Assembly: GCA_943356525.1 (NCBI GenBank)
Contig: CALRFG010000001.1
Location: 75,919-139,918 of the forward strand
Source of the DNA: Candidatus Nomurabacteria bacterium
Lineage (GTDB): Bacteria; Patescibacteriota; Minisyncoccia; Phycocordibacterales; CAIZLB01
Length of the DNA stretch: 64,000 bases
Direction: 5' to 3'
The position numbers were made by a program, and so were the translations under genes. This document shows positions 17,771-27,833 of this stretch, one piece after another; the first letter of the stretch is position 1; each line of letters starts with the position of its first letter. The notes beneath the pieces were generated by a model that was not told where the DNA came from, did not search any database, and saw nothing but the letters and a program-made list of their open reading frames with translations.

Positions 17771-18253
17771 TTAAAAACCAAGATATTCTAAAGCTTTTTG
17801 AAATATAGATTCTTGCATTCTTTGTTCGGGTAGTATCTTAACAAGTTCCTCGTGTATGTCGTGTATTTCATCATTTGTAGTGTTTAATGGTAATGAAATA
17901 ACCAATAAAGAGTCTATTAAGCCATTAGTTGAAAATAATATTCTAGAATGTATATGATGCTCACGATTATCTTCTATCCAAAAAGACCTCATATCTGTAA
18001 ATGACCAAAACTCCTGATTTACACGTACTCCTTTTGTATTTATTTCAAAACGAGTTAAACTAGGCTCTTTGAAGGCATGTAATAAAAGAACACTTGTGGA
18101 AATCAAAACTAGCATACCAAAAGTTATATTTGAAAACATAAAAGATATCAAAGCTATAGTTATAGATATTATGGTCACTGACCATTTCCAATCTTTATCT
18201 TTTGGAAAATACAAATGACTGTATTCTTCCCATACCATTGGTAGTTTACTCAT
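17771..18253 (-). CDS. Hypothetical membrane protein of 160 aa.
   Basis: It has two TM helices followed by a soluble domain and I recognise no family. Confidence 0.4.
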   Translation of the reverse strand: MSKLPMVWEEYSHLYFPKDKDWKWSVTIISITIALISFMFSNITFGMLVLISTSVLLLHAFKEPSLTRFEINTKGVRVNQEFWSFTDMRSFWIEDNREHHIHSRILFSTNGLIDSLLVISLPLNTTNDEIHDIHEELVKILPEQRMQESIFQKALEYLGF

Positions 18254-18267
18254 GATATTATTATACT

Positions 18268-21200
18268 ATGTTTATAATCACAATTGTAGTATTTGGTATT
18301 TTAATTTATTTATTTAAATTAAATTCTCGAATCAATAACTTAGAAAGAAATTTTAAAAATTTAAATTTAACCAACTCTTTAGCTGTATCAAATCCTATTA
18401 CTCCGATACCTATACAGACATATCAATCTGAGATAAAATCAGAGCCTACAGTTCAAACGCCTGTCTTACCTCATCAAGATAATTTTGCAAAAAACTTAGC
18501 TAAGTTTGCTATATCTGTACTCATACTAGGTGTTCTATTTTTCTTAAATTATATAGACAGTCAAGGTTGGATAGGTCCAGTTTTTAAATACGTAGCAGGA
18601 CTATCATTTGGAGTTATTCTTTTGGGAATTGCTGAATATATAAAAAATAAGAATAAAACATATACAAATCTACTACGTGGCGGAGCTTTTGTAATTTTCT
18701 ACTTAACATTATTTGTGGGTTATATGGTGTTCAAAATAGCGTCATTACCTATAACTTTAGGATTAATTGTTGGTGTATTAGCTTTATCAATCGTTATCTC
18801 CCTTAGAGAAAATGATTCAATACCTTTTACACTAGGGTCTTTAGGTGCATATCTTGTACCACTTCTAATACAGTTAAATATTTATAAACTAGATAAAGAA
18901 AGTCTTATAGGATTAATGCTTTACTTGGTTATTTTGAATTTTGCGGTTATATTTATTTCTTTTAAAAAACAATGGATAAAAAGCTCTGTGATAGGGTTTA
19001 TATTCACCTGGTGTATTTTCAGTACTATATTATATACAGATTTGAGTAAGAGTATATTATTTATTTTCTCTACAGTATACGGATTACAATATTTAATAAC
19101 TTTCCTTACTCATGATTTCCAAAAAATTAAGTCGAGTATATCCAACGTTGCTGAAGGAGTTGTATTTCTGACAGTTACAAATACTTTGATTTACTTGTTA
19201 GTATTTTACAAACTAATCAATAATACAACTTTATTTGATTATGTTGGATTTTTTGTAGCCCTACTCGGAGTATTTCATTTTGTTATATATATGATTATGA
19301 GAAATATAAATAAAACATCGACTAGCGTTGTTACTCTTACTCATTTTGTTATATCTATATTACTTGTAAGTGTTGCTATACCATTACAATTTGATGGACC
19401 ATTGGTTACAATGATGTGGTTTATGGAAGGTATTGTTTTATCTTTCTTGTCTACACTGAAAGACTTTAAAAATAAACCAGTTATGTATGTATTAGGTTTT
19501 ACGGCTATAATTGCAGGTATCATTCATATGATACGTTTTGGTAGTTACGAGACTGTTTTAAAAAATGGAGGTATTTTCTTAAATCAATCATTTATAGTGT
19601 GGTTTGCTGTATTTATTTTAATAAATATAGTTGCATATATCTGGTACAATACAGTTTCTGATTCAGAAGATTTAGTATTTAAAAATGATATAAACAGAAT
19701 AGCCTTTACTTTAGTTATAATAGGTCAAATTATGTTTGCCACATTAACCTCTTTTGAAATTAATAATTTTGGACAATACAGATCAAATATTATAAGTGAA
19801 GAAATAGGTGAACAAAGAAATCTGGATGCCAAACTACAAGGAAACGAAGGAAGATATAACTATGATAATACAAAGTACAATGTTGATTATGAAAGAATTG
19901 ATTCTATCGAAAGACAAACAACATTTATGCAACTATTATTGTTTATATTCTTAACTATAATATATTTTATTATTGGGTTAGTTAAGAAAAATAAAATAGT
20001 TAGAAATATGGGTATAGTAACATTAACTATAACCTCAATCCTCCTTATAACTTTGACTTGGGGATTGGGTCCAGTTTATAGAATAATAACTTTTATTGGT
20101 TTTGGCATAGCCTTACTCATTGTTTCTTATCTGTATATTTCTAAAAATAAGAAAACTGATATAGCTAAAATGCTAATAGTTTTACTTATACCACTTTTGG
20201 CCACTACTTTATTTTCTATAAAAATTGAGGCTAAGGTTGTAGAAATACAAAACTGGACAACACAGGCTGATATTAAAATGCCAGAAATAGAGATTCAAAA
20301 TGATAATCAAAATCTGTTTATTTTACCTATAGATAAAGATGTAGTGACTATGTCAAAAAAAAACGATTTATCTGACATAAGAATAATAGACAAAAATAAA
20401 AATGAAATACCGTATATTTTGGTTAAATCAAATCAAAATAATCAAAGTATAAGCGATGAAAGGAAGAATGTTAAAATTTTGGAAAATAGTATAAGCCGAG
20501 ATAATAAAAGAGTGTTAGTTTTAGACACAAATAGAGAGGGGGTTTTGTATAATAACCTTTATTTATCTCGTGATATTAAATCAGTCAATTTTAGAAAAAA
20601 AGTTAAAGTTTATATATCAGATAGCTTTTTAACTTCTAATAGTTCAGCGTGGAGAGAATTTGAACAGAAAAATATAGTTTATAATTATACAGATGGTATC
20701 AATTTTACAGTTGAAAATCTAGATATAAATCTTTCTGGTATTTCTTCACGATATATTAAGTTAGAATTAATAGACGATCTTGATTTTGATAAAAATATAA
20801 AAGTAAATAATAAGGTTGCAATTGGGTCAGTGCAGGTTCAGTATATAAAAGACGAAAATAAAAATATAGGTTTTAAAGTAAAGGATTACCTATCAGGTAA
20901 TTTCGAATTCGACAATCTATCTATATATAAAGATGTAATACTTTTAAACAAAACTGATTTTGAAAGTAAGTCAGAGCTAACTTTTGAAGGGGATATTGAT
21001 ACTGAAGAGCTTATACTTCAGGTAGATAATTCAGAGAAAAATTTTAATAGAAATATAGTTCTACAAGGGTCAAATGATGATGTTGATTGGCCTATCATAA
21101 CTAACACCAGTATATATAGAATTGATTCACCTACATATAAAGGAGAAAAATTAAATATAAAACTACCACCTTCAACTTTTAAAAAATTTAGAGTTATTAT

Positions 21201-21594
21201 TCAAAATAATAATAACAAACCACTATTAGTTGAAAAAACAGCAAAGGTTAAGATTCAAAATACCGGAGTTATTTTTAAAACTGATAAGGATGTAAATATT
21301 TCAGATTTTAAAATTATAGTTGGTAATAATATAGATCTATCACCAATATATGATATAAAAAGTATAATAAATTATTTTGAAGAAACAACTCCTCAGATAA
21401 TAGGATATCAAGATCTAATAAATAATCCTCAATATGTGCCTACTAAGAATATCATTCCTTTTGGTGAAAGAAATAAGGTTTTCCTAAACATTGGTCTATT
21501 GTTATTTATACTGATAATTGGTATATTTGGGTTCTTTTGGATGAAGAAAGATAAAAATGAGGAAATCGAAGCAGAAATAAATGAAATCAAATAA
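18268..21594 (+). CDS. Large polytopic membrane protein of 1108 aa, with an N-terminal domain of about 18 TM helices, an extracytoplasmic domain of about 430 aa and a C-terminal TM anchor.
   Basis: The hydropathy pattern is visible in the translation. Topologically it resembles DUF2339-like integral membrane proteins. It is one intact ORF with no in-frame stop. Confidence 0.5.
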   Translation: MFIITIVVFGILIYLFKLNSRINNLERNFKNLNLTNSLAVSNPITPIPIQTYQSEIKSEPTVQTPVLPHQDNFAKNLAKFAISVLILGVLFFLNYIDSQGWIGPVFKYVAGLSFGVILLGIAEYIKNKNKTYTNLLRGGAFVIFYLTLFVGYMVFKIASLPITLGLIVGVLALSIVISLRENDSIPFTLGSLGAYLVPLLIQLNIYKLDKESLIGLMLYLVILNFAVIFISFKKQWIKSSVIGFIFTWCIFSTILYTDLSKSILFIFSTVYGLQYLITFLTHDFQKIKSSISNVAEGVVFLTVTNTLIYLLVFYKLINNTTLFDYVGFFVALLGVFHFVIYMIMRNINKTSTSVVTLTHFVISILLVSVAIPLQFDGPLVTMMWFMEGIVLSFLSTLKDFKNKPVMYVLGFTAIIAGIIHMIRFGSYETVLKNGGIFLNQSFIVWFAVFILINIVAYIWYNTVSDSEDLVFKNDINRIAFTLVIIGQIMFATLTSFEINNFGQYRSNIISEEIGEQRNLDAKLQGNEGRYNYDNTKYNVDYERIDSIERQTTFMQLLLFIFLTIIYFIIGLVKKNKIVRNMGIVTLTITSILLITLTWGLGPVYRIITFIGFGIALLIVSYLYISKNKKTDIAKMLIVLLIPLLATTLFSIKIEAKVVEIQNWTTQADIKMPEIEIQNDNQNLFILPIDKDVVTMSKKNDLSDIRIIDKNKNEIPYILVKSNQNNQSISDERKNVKILENSISRDNKRVLVLDTNREGVLYNNLYLSRDIKSVNFRKKVKVYISDSFLTSNSSAWREFEQKNIVYNYTDGINFTVENLDINLSGISSRYIKLELIDDLDFDKNIKVNNKVAIGSVQVQYIKDENKNIGFKVKDYLSGNFEFDNLSIYKDVILLNKTDFESKSELTFEGDIDTEELILQVDNSEKNFNRNIVLQGSNDDVDWPIITNTSIYRIDSPTYKGEKLNIKLPPSTFKKFRVIIQNNNNKPLLVEKTAKVKIQNTGVIFKTDKDVNISDFKIIVGNNIDLSPIYDIKSIINYFEETTPQIIGYQDLINNPQYVPTKNIIPFGERNKVFLNIGLLLFILIIGIFGFFWMKKDKNEEIEAEINEIK

Positions 21595-22834
21595 TACAGA
21601 ATACGACATAATAATAATTGGGGGCGGTGCATCTGGGATGATGGCGGCTTCTTCTGTTACTAAAAACAAAAAAGTTTTACTTATAGAAAAAAATAATATA
21701 TTAGGTAAAAAACTATTGATAACAGGTGGAGGAAGATGTAATCTTACAAATGCTGAGCTAGATCTGCGAAAGCTTTTAAAAAATTATAAAAAAGCAGAAC
21801 AATTTCTTTATTCCGCATTTACTCAATACGGAGTGAAAGATTCACTTGAGTTTTTTAACACTAGGAATATGCCTTCAAAGGTTGAGGATTATAGCCGCGT
21901 ATTTCCTGTATCTGATTCGGCACGTAGTGTCTACAACGTTTTAGTGAAAGAGATTAAAAATAAAAAAATAGAAGTTTTATCTAATGCAAATGTTAAAAAT
22001 ATACTACATAATAAGAAACAAGTTACAGGTATTGAGGTTGAGGTAAATAAAAAGAATGTAGTCTACACTGCTAAAAAATATATACTTGCAACAGGTGGAA
22101 CATCTCATCCTGAAACAGGTTCAACAGGTGATGCCTATGCATGGCTTGAGTCTTTGGGACATACAGTTCATACACCTAAACCATCTTTAGTACCACTTCG
22201 CTCAAATGATATTTGGATTAAAAAACTTCAAGGTATAGCGCTACAGGATATAAAATTAAATCTATTTGTAGATGATAAAAAAATTGAATCTAAAAAAGGT
22301 AAAATATTATTTACACACTATGGAGTTTCAGGGCCGACTATTTTAAATATGAGTAAAAATATAAGTGACTATTTAGATAAAAAACATAAAGTTTTTCTTA
22401 GTTTGGATTTACTACCTCAATTTGACCATGGAGCTATTAATAAAATATTGACTGAGGTATTTCAAAAGAATGCAAAAAAGAAAGTTATCAATATTTTAGG
22501 AGATTTGATTAACAAAAATCTAGTTTCAGTTATTTTACATAATTCTAAAATAGATGAAAATTTAACCGGAACAAATATAACAAAAGAAGCAAGAATAATT
22601 TTGATAGATAATATAAAAAACTTAAAAGTTAATATTAACGGGCTATTGGATGAAAGTGAAGCGGTGATAGCGGATGGTGGAGTTGATTTAAAAGAAATTG
22701 ATTTTAAAACTATGCAGTCTAAGGTTATAGACAATCTCTACATTATCGGTGATCTTTTAAACATAGATAGGCCTTCAGGAGGTTATAGTTTACAACTTTG
22801 CTGGACTACTGGATATTTAGCAGGCAGGGGATAA
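21581..22834 (+). CDS. HI0933/BaiN-like FAD-dependent flavoprotein (aminoacetone-oxidase-family oxidoreductase).
   Basis: The Rossmann motif YDIIIIGGGASGMMAA and the LLITGGGRCNLTN motif are characteristic of the HI0933 family. Confidence 0.7.
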   Translation: MKSNNTEYDIIIIGGGASGMMAASSVTKNKKVLLIEKNNILGKKLLITGGGRCNLTNAELDLRKLLKNYKKAEQFLYSAFTQYGVKDSLEFFNTRNMPSKVEDYSRVFPVSDSARSVYNVLVKEIKNKKIEVLSNANVKNILHNKKQVTGIEVEVNKKNVVYTAKKYILATGGTSHPETGSTGDAYAWLESLGHTVHTPKPSLVPLRSNDIWIKKLQGIALQDIKLNLFVDDKKIESKKGKILFTHYGVSGPTILNMSKNISDYLDKKHKVFLSLDLLPQFDHGAINKILTEVFQKNAKKKVINILGDLINKNLVSVILHNSKIDENLTGTNITKEARIILIDNIKNLKVNINGLLDESEAVIADGGVDLKEIDFKTMQSKVIDNLYIIGDLLNIDRPSGGYSLQLCWTTGYLAGRG

Positions 22835-22861
22835 ATAATATGATAAAATACAAGTAATATA

Positions 22862-23698
22862 ATGCTAAAAAAAATATTTATATTTATACTAAAAATTATA
22901 ATAATTTTAATTATTTTAATTATAATATTTTTTGTCTCTATAAATATTTTTACAATACCTTCAAATAATAGAAATTGGAATAATGATCAAAAAGTTTTAC
23001 CAACTACTATTGTACAAGAAAATTTAGTAGATATAAAAAATATCCGAAATTTTAAATATGCATCAACAACGTCTTACACTATAAATTATTATGATAAACA
23101 ATATGATCTCAATAAGATAAAAAGAGTTTGGTATATAGTTGAACCATTTTCCGGAATACCTGGATCTGCTCATACGTTTTTAAGCTTTGAATTTGAAGGA
23201 AATGTTTTTGTTTCTGTCTCTGTGGAAATACGAAAAGAAAAAGGAGAATCATTTCATCCTATAAAAGGTTTATTAAATCAATACGAGATAATGTATGTTT
23301 GGGCTGATGAAAAAGATGTTATAGACCTACGTATCAATCATAGAAAAGATCAAGTCTTCTTATATCCAATGAAAGCTGGTCCTGAAAAAACCAAAGAACT
23401 ATTTTTGAGTATTATCGATAGAACAAATAAGATATATACACAACCAGAATTTTATAACACTTTGTTCAACACCTGTACGACAAATATTGTGGATCATGTA
23501 AACCTAATAAGCCCAAAAACTATACCAACTATTGATACAAGTATTTTATTTCCAGAAAATTCTGACTTTTTAGCTTATGACCTTGGACTGATTTACACTG
23601 ACTTACCACAAGATAAGATACGTGAAAAGTTTAATATAAACGAGAAAGGTGAGGCTTATAAAGGTGATGAGAATTTTTCAGTAAGAATTAGGGAGTAG
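22862..23698 (+). CDS. Hypothetical membrane-anchored protein of 278 aa.
   Basis: It has an N-terminal TM helix. An NTCTTN segment may indicate a DUF4105-like fold, but I cannot confirm this. Confidence 0.4.
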   Translation: MLKKIFIFILKIIIILIILIIIFFVSINIFTIPSNNRNWNNDQKVLPTTIVQENLVDIKNIRNFKYASTTSYTINYYDKQYDLNKIKRVWYIVEPFSGIPGSAHTFLSFEFEGNVFVSVSVEIRKEKGESFHPIKGLLNQYEIMYVWADEKDVIDLRINHRKDQVFLYPMKAGPEKTKELFLSIIDRTNKIYTQPEFYNTLFNTCTTNIVDHVNLISPKTIPTIDTSILFPENSDFLAYDLGLIYTDLPQDKIREKFNINEKGEAYKGDENFSVRIRE

Positions 23699-23699
23699 A

Positions 23700-24116
23700 T
23701 TATAAAGCCATAAGTATAGCTCCTATAACTATAGATATAGCACCAATACTTTTTAACACTGTTAATGATTCACTTAAAAATAATACTGATAATATAAATA
23801 CAAAAACTATACTAGTCCTATCAATAGCTGCTACGGCAGTAACTGGGCCGAGTTTGATGGCTAAAAAATAAAATAACCAAGATATTGAACCTGATACACC
23901 GGAGAGTATTATAAATAATAAAGCTCTATTGTCTATTGTATTTAGAAAATTAAATTTACCCAAAGAGAATGCTGTGATTATCAAAAATAAAGCCATGACT
24001 ACCGAACGTATAGCTGTAGCTAAAGTTGAGTCTATATTTTTTAAACCTAATTTTCCAAATATTGCTACGAGAGCAGCAAAGATTGCGGAGAGTAATGCAT
24101 ATATGGTCCAGTTCAT
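23700..24116 (-). CDS. Small EamA/DMT-superfamily 4-TM transporter.
   Basis: It has four TM helices, is 138 aa long, and shows the EamA-like pattern (GK..L......A.R). Confidence 0.55.
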   Translation of the reverse strand: MNWTIYALLSAIFAALVAIFGKLGLKNIDSTLATAIRSVVMALFLIITAFSLGKFNFLNTIDNRALLFIILSGVSGSISWLFYFLAIKLGPVTAVAAIDRTSIVFVFILSVLFLSESLTVLKSIGAISIVIGAILMAL

Positions 24117-24359
24117 AAGATTATTGTAGCATTATTAATTTGAAGCTTACAGCTTTAGTACACCTTTTCTCGTTTTTCGCACCACGACACTCAATACATA
24201 GAAAAGCTTTTCGAATCTCATATGAAAGCCGAACTGTCGGCTTCCTCTCCCCACAAATACAAAAACACCCTTTCAGGTGTTAATGCGGCGTCGTTACATA
24301 GTCGCTAAAGCTCCTTGTACGACATGCGCAGAATATAGTCTCTGCGTTCCTTATTCTGC

Positions 24360-24445
24360 GGAGGAGGTGAGATTCGAACTCACGGGACCCGTTAGAGCCC
24401 TCTTGTTTTCAAGACAAGCGCATTCGACCTCTCTGCCACTCCTCC
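24360..24445 (-). tRNA. tRNA-Ser, anticodon TGA.
   Basis: GGAGGAG-TG-GCAG..-CTTGT-CTTGAAA-ACAAG- is followed by a long variable arm and then GTGAG-TTCGAAT-CTCAC-CTCCTCC-G. The anticodon is UGA and the long variable arm fits Ser. Confidence 0.8.
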
Positions 24446-24492
24446 ATAAAGTGTGTACGTCGATATACCTTTATGATATTATCAGATTATCT

Positions 24493-24942
24493 ATGAAATA
24501 TCTAGGGGTAGACTACGGTCAAAAAAAAATAGGTATAGCTATAAGCGATGATAGGGCATCGATGGCTTTTCCACGCGACATCATTATAAACGATGATAAA
24601 CACATAGGGTATATAAATCACCTATGTGATCAAGAGGGTATAAAGGATATTGTTATTGGAAAATCAGTTGACTATCAAGGAAAAGACAATAGTATTGAAA
24701 AACACATAACAGCTTTTATTAAAATACTTAATAAGGATAAAAATTACACCATACATCGTGTAGATGAACGTATGAGCACCTCTCTTATTAGTTCAGAAAA
24801 CCGCCATCATTTTCAAAAAAAACAAACTTCAAAAACATTTTCTAAAAATGCAAAGTTAGTTCGTGAAAACACAAAAGATGATGATGCTAAAGTTGCGGCT
24901 TTGATTCTTCAAAATTTTCTCGATTCAAAACCTAAAATGTAG
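24493..24942 (+). CDS. ruvX: YqgF/RuvX putative pre-16S rRNA nuclease (Holliday-junction-resolvase-like).
   Basis: The internal start MKYLGVDYGQKKIGIAISD matches the RuvX N-terminus. The track ORF (24277) extends upstream across the tRNA-Ser gene, which is artefactual. Confidence 0.75.
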   Translation: MKYLGVDYGQKKIGIAISDDRASMAFPRDIIINDDKHIGYINHLCDQEGIKDIVIGKSVDYQGKDNSIEKHITAFIKILNKDKNYTIHRVDERMSTSLISSENRHHFQKKQTSKTFSKNAKLVRENTKDDDAKVAALILQNFLDSKPKM

Positions 24943-24954
24943 TATAATCTACAC

Positions 24955-25278
24955 ATGATTACATTTGATGAATTTAAAAAAGTTGAAATGAAAGTTGGGC
25001 AAATACTGAAAGCTGAGCCTGTAGAAGGGTCTGATAAATTATTACAGTTAGAAGTTGATTTTGGAGAAGATAAAACAAGAACAGTTGTTTCTGGTATTGC
25101 AGGGCACGTAGATATGGAAACTTTTGTTGGTAGTAAAAAAATTTTTGTGACAAACTTAGAACCAAGAGCTATTTTAGGTATTGAAAGTCAGGCTATGATA
25201 TTGGCAGGAAAAGATGGGCAAGGTCTAGCACTTATGGAGACAAATAGAGATTTAGCAATTGGTACTTTATTATCATAA
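24955..25278 (+). CDS. tRNA-binding protein (CsaA/Trbp111, EMAP-like OB-fold domain).
   Basis: The sequence FKKVEMKVGQILKAEPVEGSDKLLQLEVDFGE...RTVVSGI matches the Myf/tRNA-binding domain found at MetRS/PheT C-termini and in stand-alone CsaA. Confidence 0.7.
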   Translation: MITFDEFKKVEMKVGQILKAEPVEGSDKLLQLEVDFGEDKTRTVVSGIAGHVDMETFVGSKKIFVTNLEPRAILGIESQAMILAGKDGQGLALMETNRDLAIGTLLS

Positions 25279-25286
25279 TAATAAAT

Positions 25287-26285
25287 ATGAATAATTTTTT
25301 AGATAAAATAAAAAAACAAATTCCCGTTCCAAAAATTATTTGTTTTGATCATGCAGGTATAGATATTAGTTCAGATCATATCAGACATATAAATTTTAAA
25401 AAACATAATGGAAAGCTTACCGTTGATAAATATGGTAAAGAAAATTTCCCAATAAGTATTAATAAAAAACTGTTATTATCAGAAAATACTAATACCATAG
25501 AGATACTTAATAAAATTCAAAAAGAATTTAAATACAGATATGTAGAGGTTTCATTACCTGAAGAAGTCGCTTATGTATACACACAAGAGGTTGCCGATGG
25601 AGATACTGAAACAATAAGGGGGCAGATAGAGTTTAAGATAGAAGAAAACGTACCTCTGACGGCCGATGAAGCCGTATTTGATTTCGTTAATGTTGTTTTA
25701 TTAAAAAATAATAATAGATTAGTATCTGTGTCCGTAGTGGCAAAAAAAGTAATAGAAGATTACATAGAAGTATTTCAAAAAGCTAATATGAAAGTTGTTT
25801 CATTTCTTACACAGAATCAAGCATTGAGTAAATCTTTGGTTAATAAAAATGATATAAACACTTACTGTATTGTAAATATAGAAAAAAAATATATAGTAGT
25901 ATCTATAGTTGCATCAGGTGTGGTTTTGTATACATCAACTATTAATAAAACTCTATTTGATGAAAATTTAAATACGCAGAGAAAAGAAATACTTGAAGAA
26001 GTAATAAAAGATATATACAGAATAATAATATTCTGGATTTCATACACTGAGGAAAATGAGACATATGGTTTAAATAAAATTAAATCTATAATTATAAGCT
26101 CAACCCATTCAAACATTATAGAATCAGATTTTATTAATATGATGACAGATAAACTAGCACTACAGATTGATAAGCCAAACGTTTGGGTAAATGCCTTTGA
26201 TTTAAATAATGAAATACCACCTATAGTAAAAATAGAATCATATCAGTATGCAACTGCTATTGGTTTAGCTTTATCTAAATTATAA
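25287..26285 (+). CDS. PilM-like actin-fold pilus assembly protein (second, divergent copy).
   Basis: The N-terminal IICFDHAGIDISSDHIRHINFKK...VEVSLPEEVAYVYTQEV...ADEAVFDFV parallels the PilM pattern (IGIDISS..K...L..EA..YIP....V.DF). It is followed by three small N-terminal-TM proteins. Confidence 0.5.
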   Translation: MNNFLDKIKKQIPVPKIICFDHAGIDISSDHIRHINFKKHNGKLTVDKYGKENFPISINKKLLLSENTNTIEILNKIQKEFKYRYVEVSLPEEVAYVYTQEVADGDTETIRGQIEFKIEENVPLTADEAVFDFVNVVLLKNNNRLVSVSVVAKKVIEDYIEVFQKANMKVVSFLTQNQALSKSLVNKNDINTYCIVNIEKKYIVVSIVASGVVLYTSTINKTLFDENLNTQRKEILEEVIKDIYRIIIFWISYTEENETYGLNKIKSIIISSTHSNIIESDFINMMTDKLALQIDKPNVWVNAFDLNNEIPPIVKIESYQYATAIGLALSKL

Positions 26286-26292
26286 TAATAAT

Positions 26293-26820
26293 ATGCTTTT
26301 TTTAATCACAAAAAAACAAAAAGATAAAATACTAGATGAGTATTATTCATATTTAATTAATATTTTTATTGTAAGCTTGATAATATTATTTATTATTTTA
26401 ATTGTTTCACTTTTTCCAACATATTTGATGATGAAAGTGGATAGAGAGATATTGACTGATAAATTGATACCTTTACAGACTGAAATTGACTTAAATAAGA
26501 CACAAAGTACAGATAAAAACTCTTTAAATATAAGCGATGATATTTCTATACTAAGTTCAAGTTCAACAAATAAAAATATTATTAATATATATAATGAAAT
26601 AAAAGATATATATAATTTACCAAATGTACAGATTTTAAATATAAGTATTGATACTTTAAGTAAAAAAGTTTCAGTAATAGTCAATATAGACAATAAGAAT
26701 ACTGCAAATATTTTAGTAGATAAACTTAACAATAGTCGCTACAAAGGTGCAGAGTTACCTTATTCTGTTTTTAGTCAAAGTAAAAATTTTACTTTTAACC
26801 AAAATTTAAACTATGAATAA
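26293..26820 (+). CDS. PilN-like bitopic membrane protein.
   Basis: It has an N-terminal TM helix plus a periplasmic domain, is 175 aa long, and sits immediately after the pilM-like gene. Confidence 0.4.
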   Translation: MLFLITKKQKDKILDEYYSYLINIFIVSLIILFIILIVSLFPTYLMMKVDREILTDKLIPLQTEIDLNKTQSTDKNSLNISDDISILSSSSTNKNIINIYNEIKDIYNLPNVQILNISIDTLSKKVSVIVNIDNKNTANILVDKLNNSRYKGAELPYSVFSQSKNFTFNQNLNYE

Positions 26821-27376
26821 TTTAAAAAATAAAAAAAATTTAAGTCTTATATTTTTAGTATTAACTATATTTATTTTAACTATTGTAATTTACATTATAA
26901 ATGATAAAATTAGTAATTATAAAAACGAGGTATTGGCTGATTATTATAAATTGGCAGAATTAGAGAAAGAAAAAAATATTTTTGATACCTATAAAAAAAT
27001 TTTAATAAAGGGTTCAAATGAGTCTATTAGGATTAAGAAATATATTTTATCAAATAATAGGAAAGAGGTTTTACTTCTTATAAATGAGTTTGAGGAATAT
27101 ACTAAAAAATTTGGTTTAACTGAAAACAATATCTCACCTATAGTTTCAGTTGCCACGCGTGAAAATGCACTTATATCAAAATATAACGCAGAAGACCTAG
27201 TTATAAATATAGGGGTTACGGGTAATGAAAAGACAATTGAGGAATTCATAAATATTTTAAATAATCTACCTATGATATCTTATATAGAGAAAATTAATAT
27301 AAGATTTGATAATATTAGTAAAAAAAATATTGCTAATATAACTTTAATAATTTATCAAAAAAATGAAATTAAATAA
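26813..27376 (+). CDS. PilO-like bitopic membrane protein.
   Basis: It has an N-terminal TM helix, a coiled-coil segment and a C-terminal domain. The call is positional. Confidence 0.4.
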   Translation: MNNLKNKKNLSLIFLVLTIFILTIVIYIINDKISNYKNEVLADYYKLAELEKEKNIFDTYKKILIKGSNESIRIKKYILSNNRKEVLLLINEFEEYTKKFGLTENNISPIVSVATRENALISKYNAEDLVINIGVTGNEKTIEEFINILNNLPMISYIEKINIRFDNISKKNIANITLIIYQKNEIK

Positions 27377-27740
27377 TAAACATAAAGTAAATAAAGAATT
27401 TGACCCAGCCAACCACTGGTATTTATTATTTACAATTATTTGTATAATATTTACCATAGTTGTATTTTATGCCTTATATAGTTTTTTCTATATAAAAAGT
27501 GAGATAGCTCTAATAGAAATTGAATCAAAAAATAATGTTCAAAACTCTACCTCTTCAGATTATCTAGAGAAATCTCGTAATAACAATAAGTTTTTGAATG
27601 ATATAAATAACCTTAATAAAACACTTGATGAATATGAAAAAAAGGAAATTGAATACAATAGGCTTATAAATAATGAAGTGAAAGGCATTATAAGTACTTC
27701 AACGAGTACGTTTTCCACTAAGGTTGCAACTTCGACCTAG
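27363..27740 (+). CDS. Small N-terminal-TM coiled-coil protein (PilP-like position).
   Basis: The call rests on topology and gene order only. Confidence 0.3.
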   Translation: MKLNNKHKVNKEFDPANHWYLLFTIICIIFTIVVFYALYSFFYIKSEIALIEIESKNNVQNSTSSDYLEKSRNNNKFLNDINNLNKTLDEYEKKEIEYNRLINNEVKGIISTSTSTFSTKVATST

Positions 27741-27761
27741 TAATGATATAAATTATCCATT

Positions 27762-27833
27762 GCTCTTGTAGTTCAATGGATAGAACTGCGGACTTCTAAG
27801 CCGTTAATGTTGGTTCGATTCCAACCGAGAGCA
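27762..27833 (+). tRNA. tRNA-Arg, anticodon TCT.
   Basis: GCTCTTG-TA-GTTC-AATGGATA-GAAC-T-GCGGA-CTTCTAA-GCCGT-TAAT-GTTGG-TTCGATT-CCAAC-CGAGAGC-A folds as a cloverleaf with anticodon UCU. There is an A31/G39 mismatch. Confidence 0.75.

Noticed and set aside
24277-24492. The ORF track gives a 72-aa N-terminal extension for the ruvX ORF.
   Set aside because: The extension runs across the minus-strand tRNA-Ser gene and has no coding character. The conserved RuvX N-terminus begins at the internal ATG at 24493.
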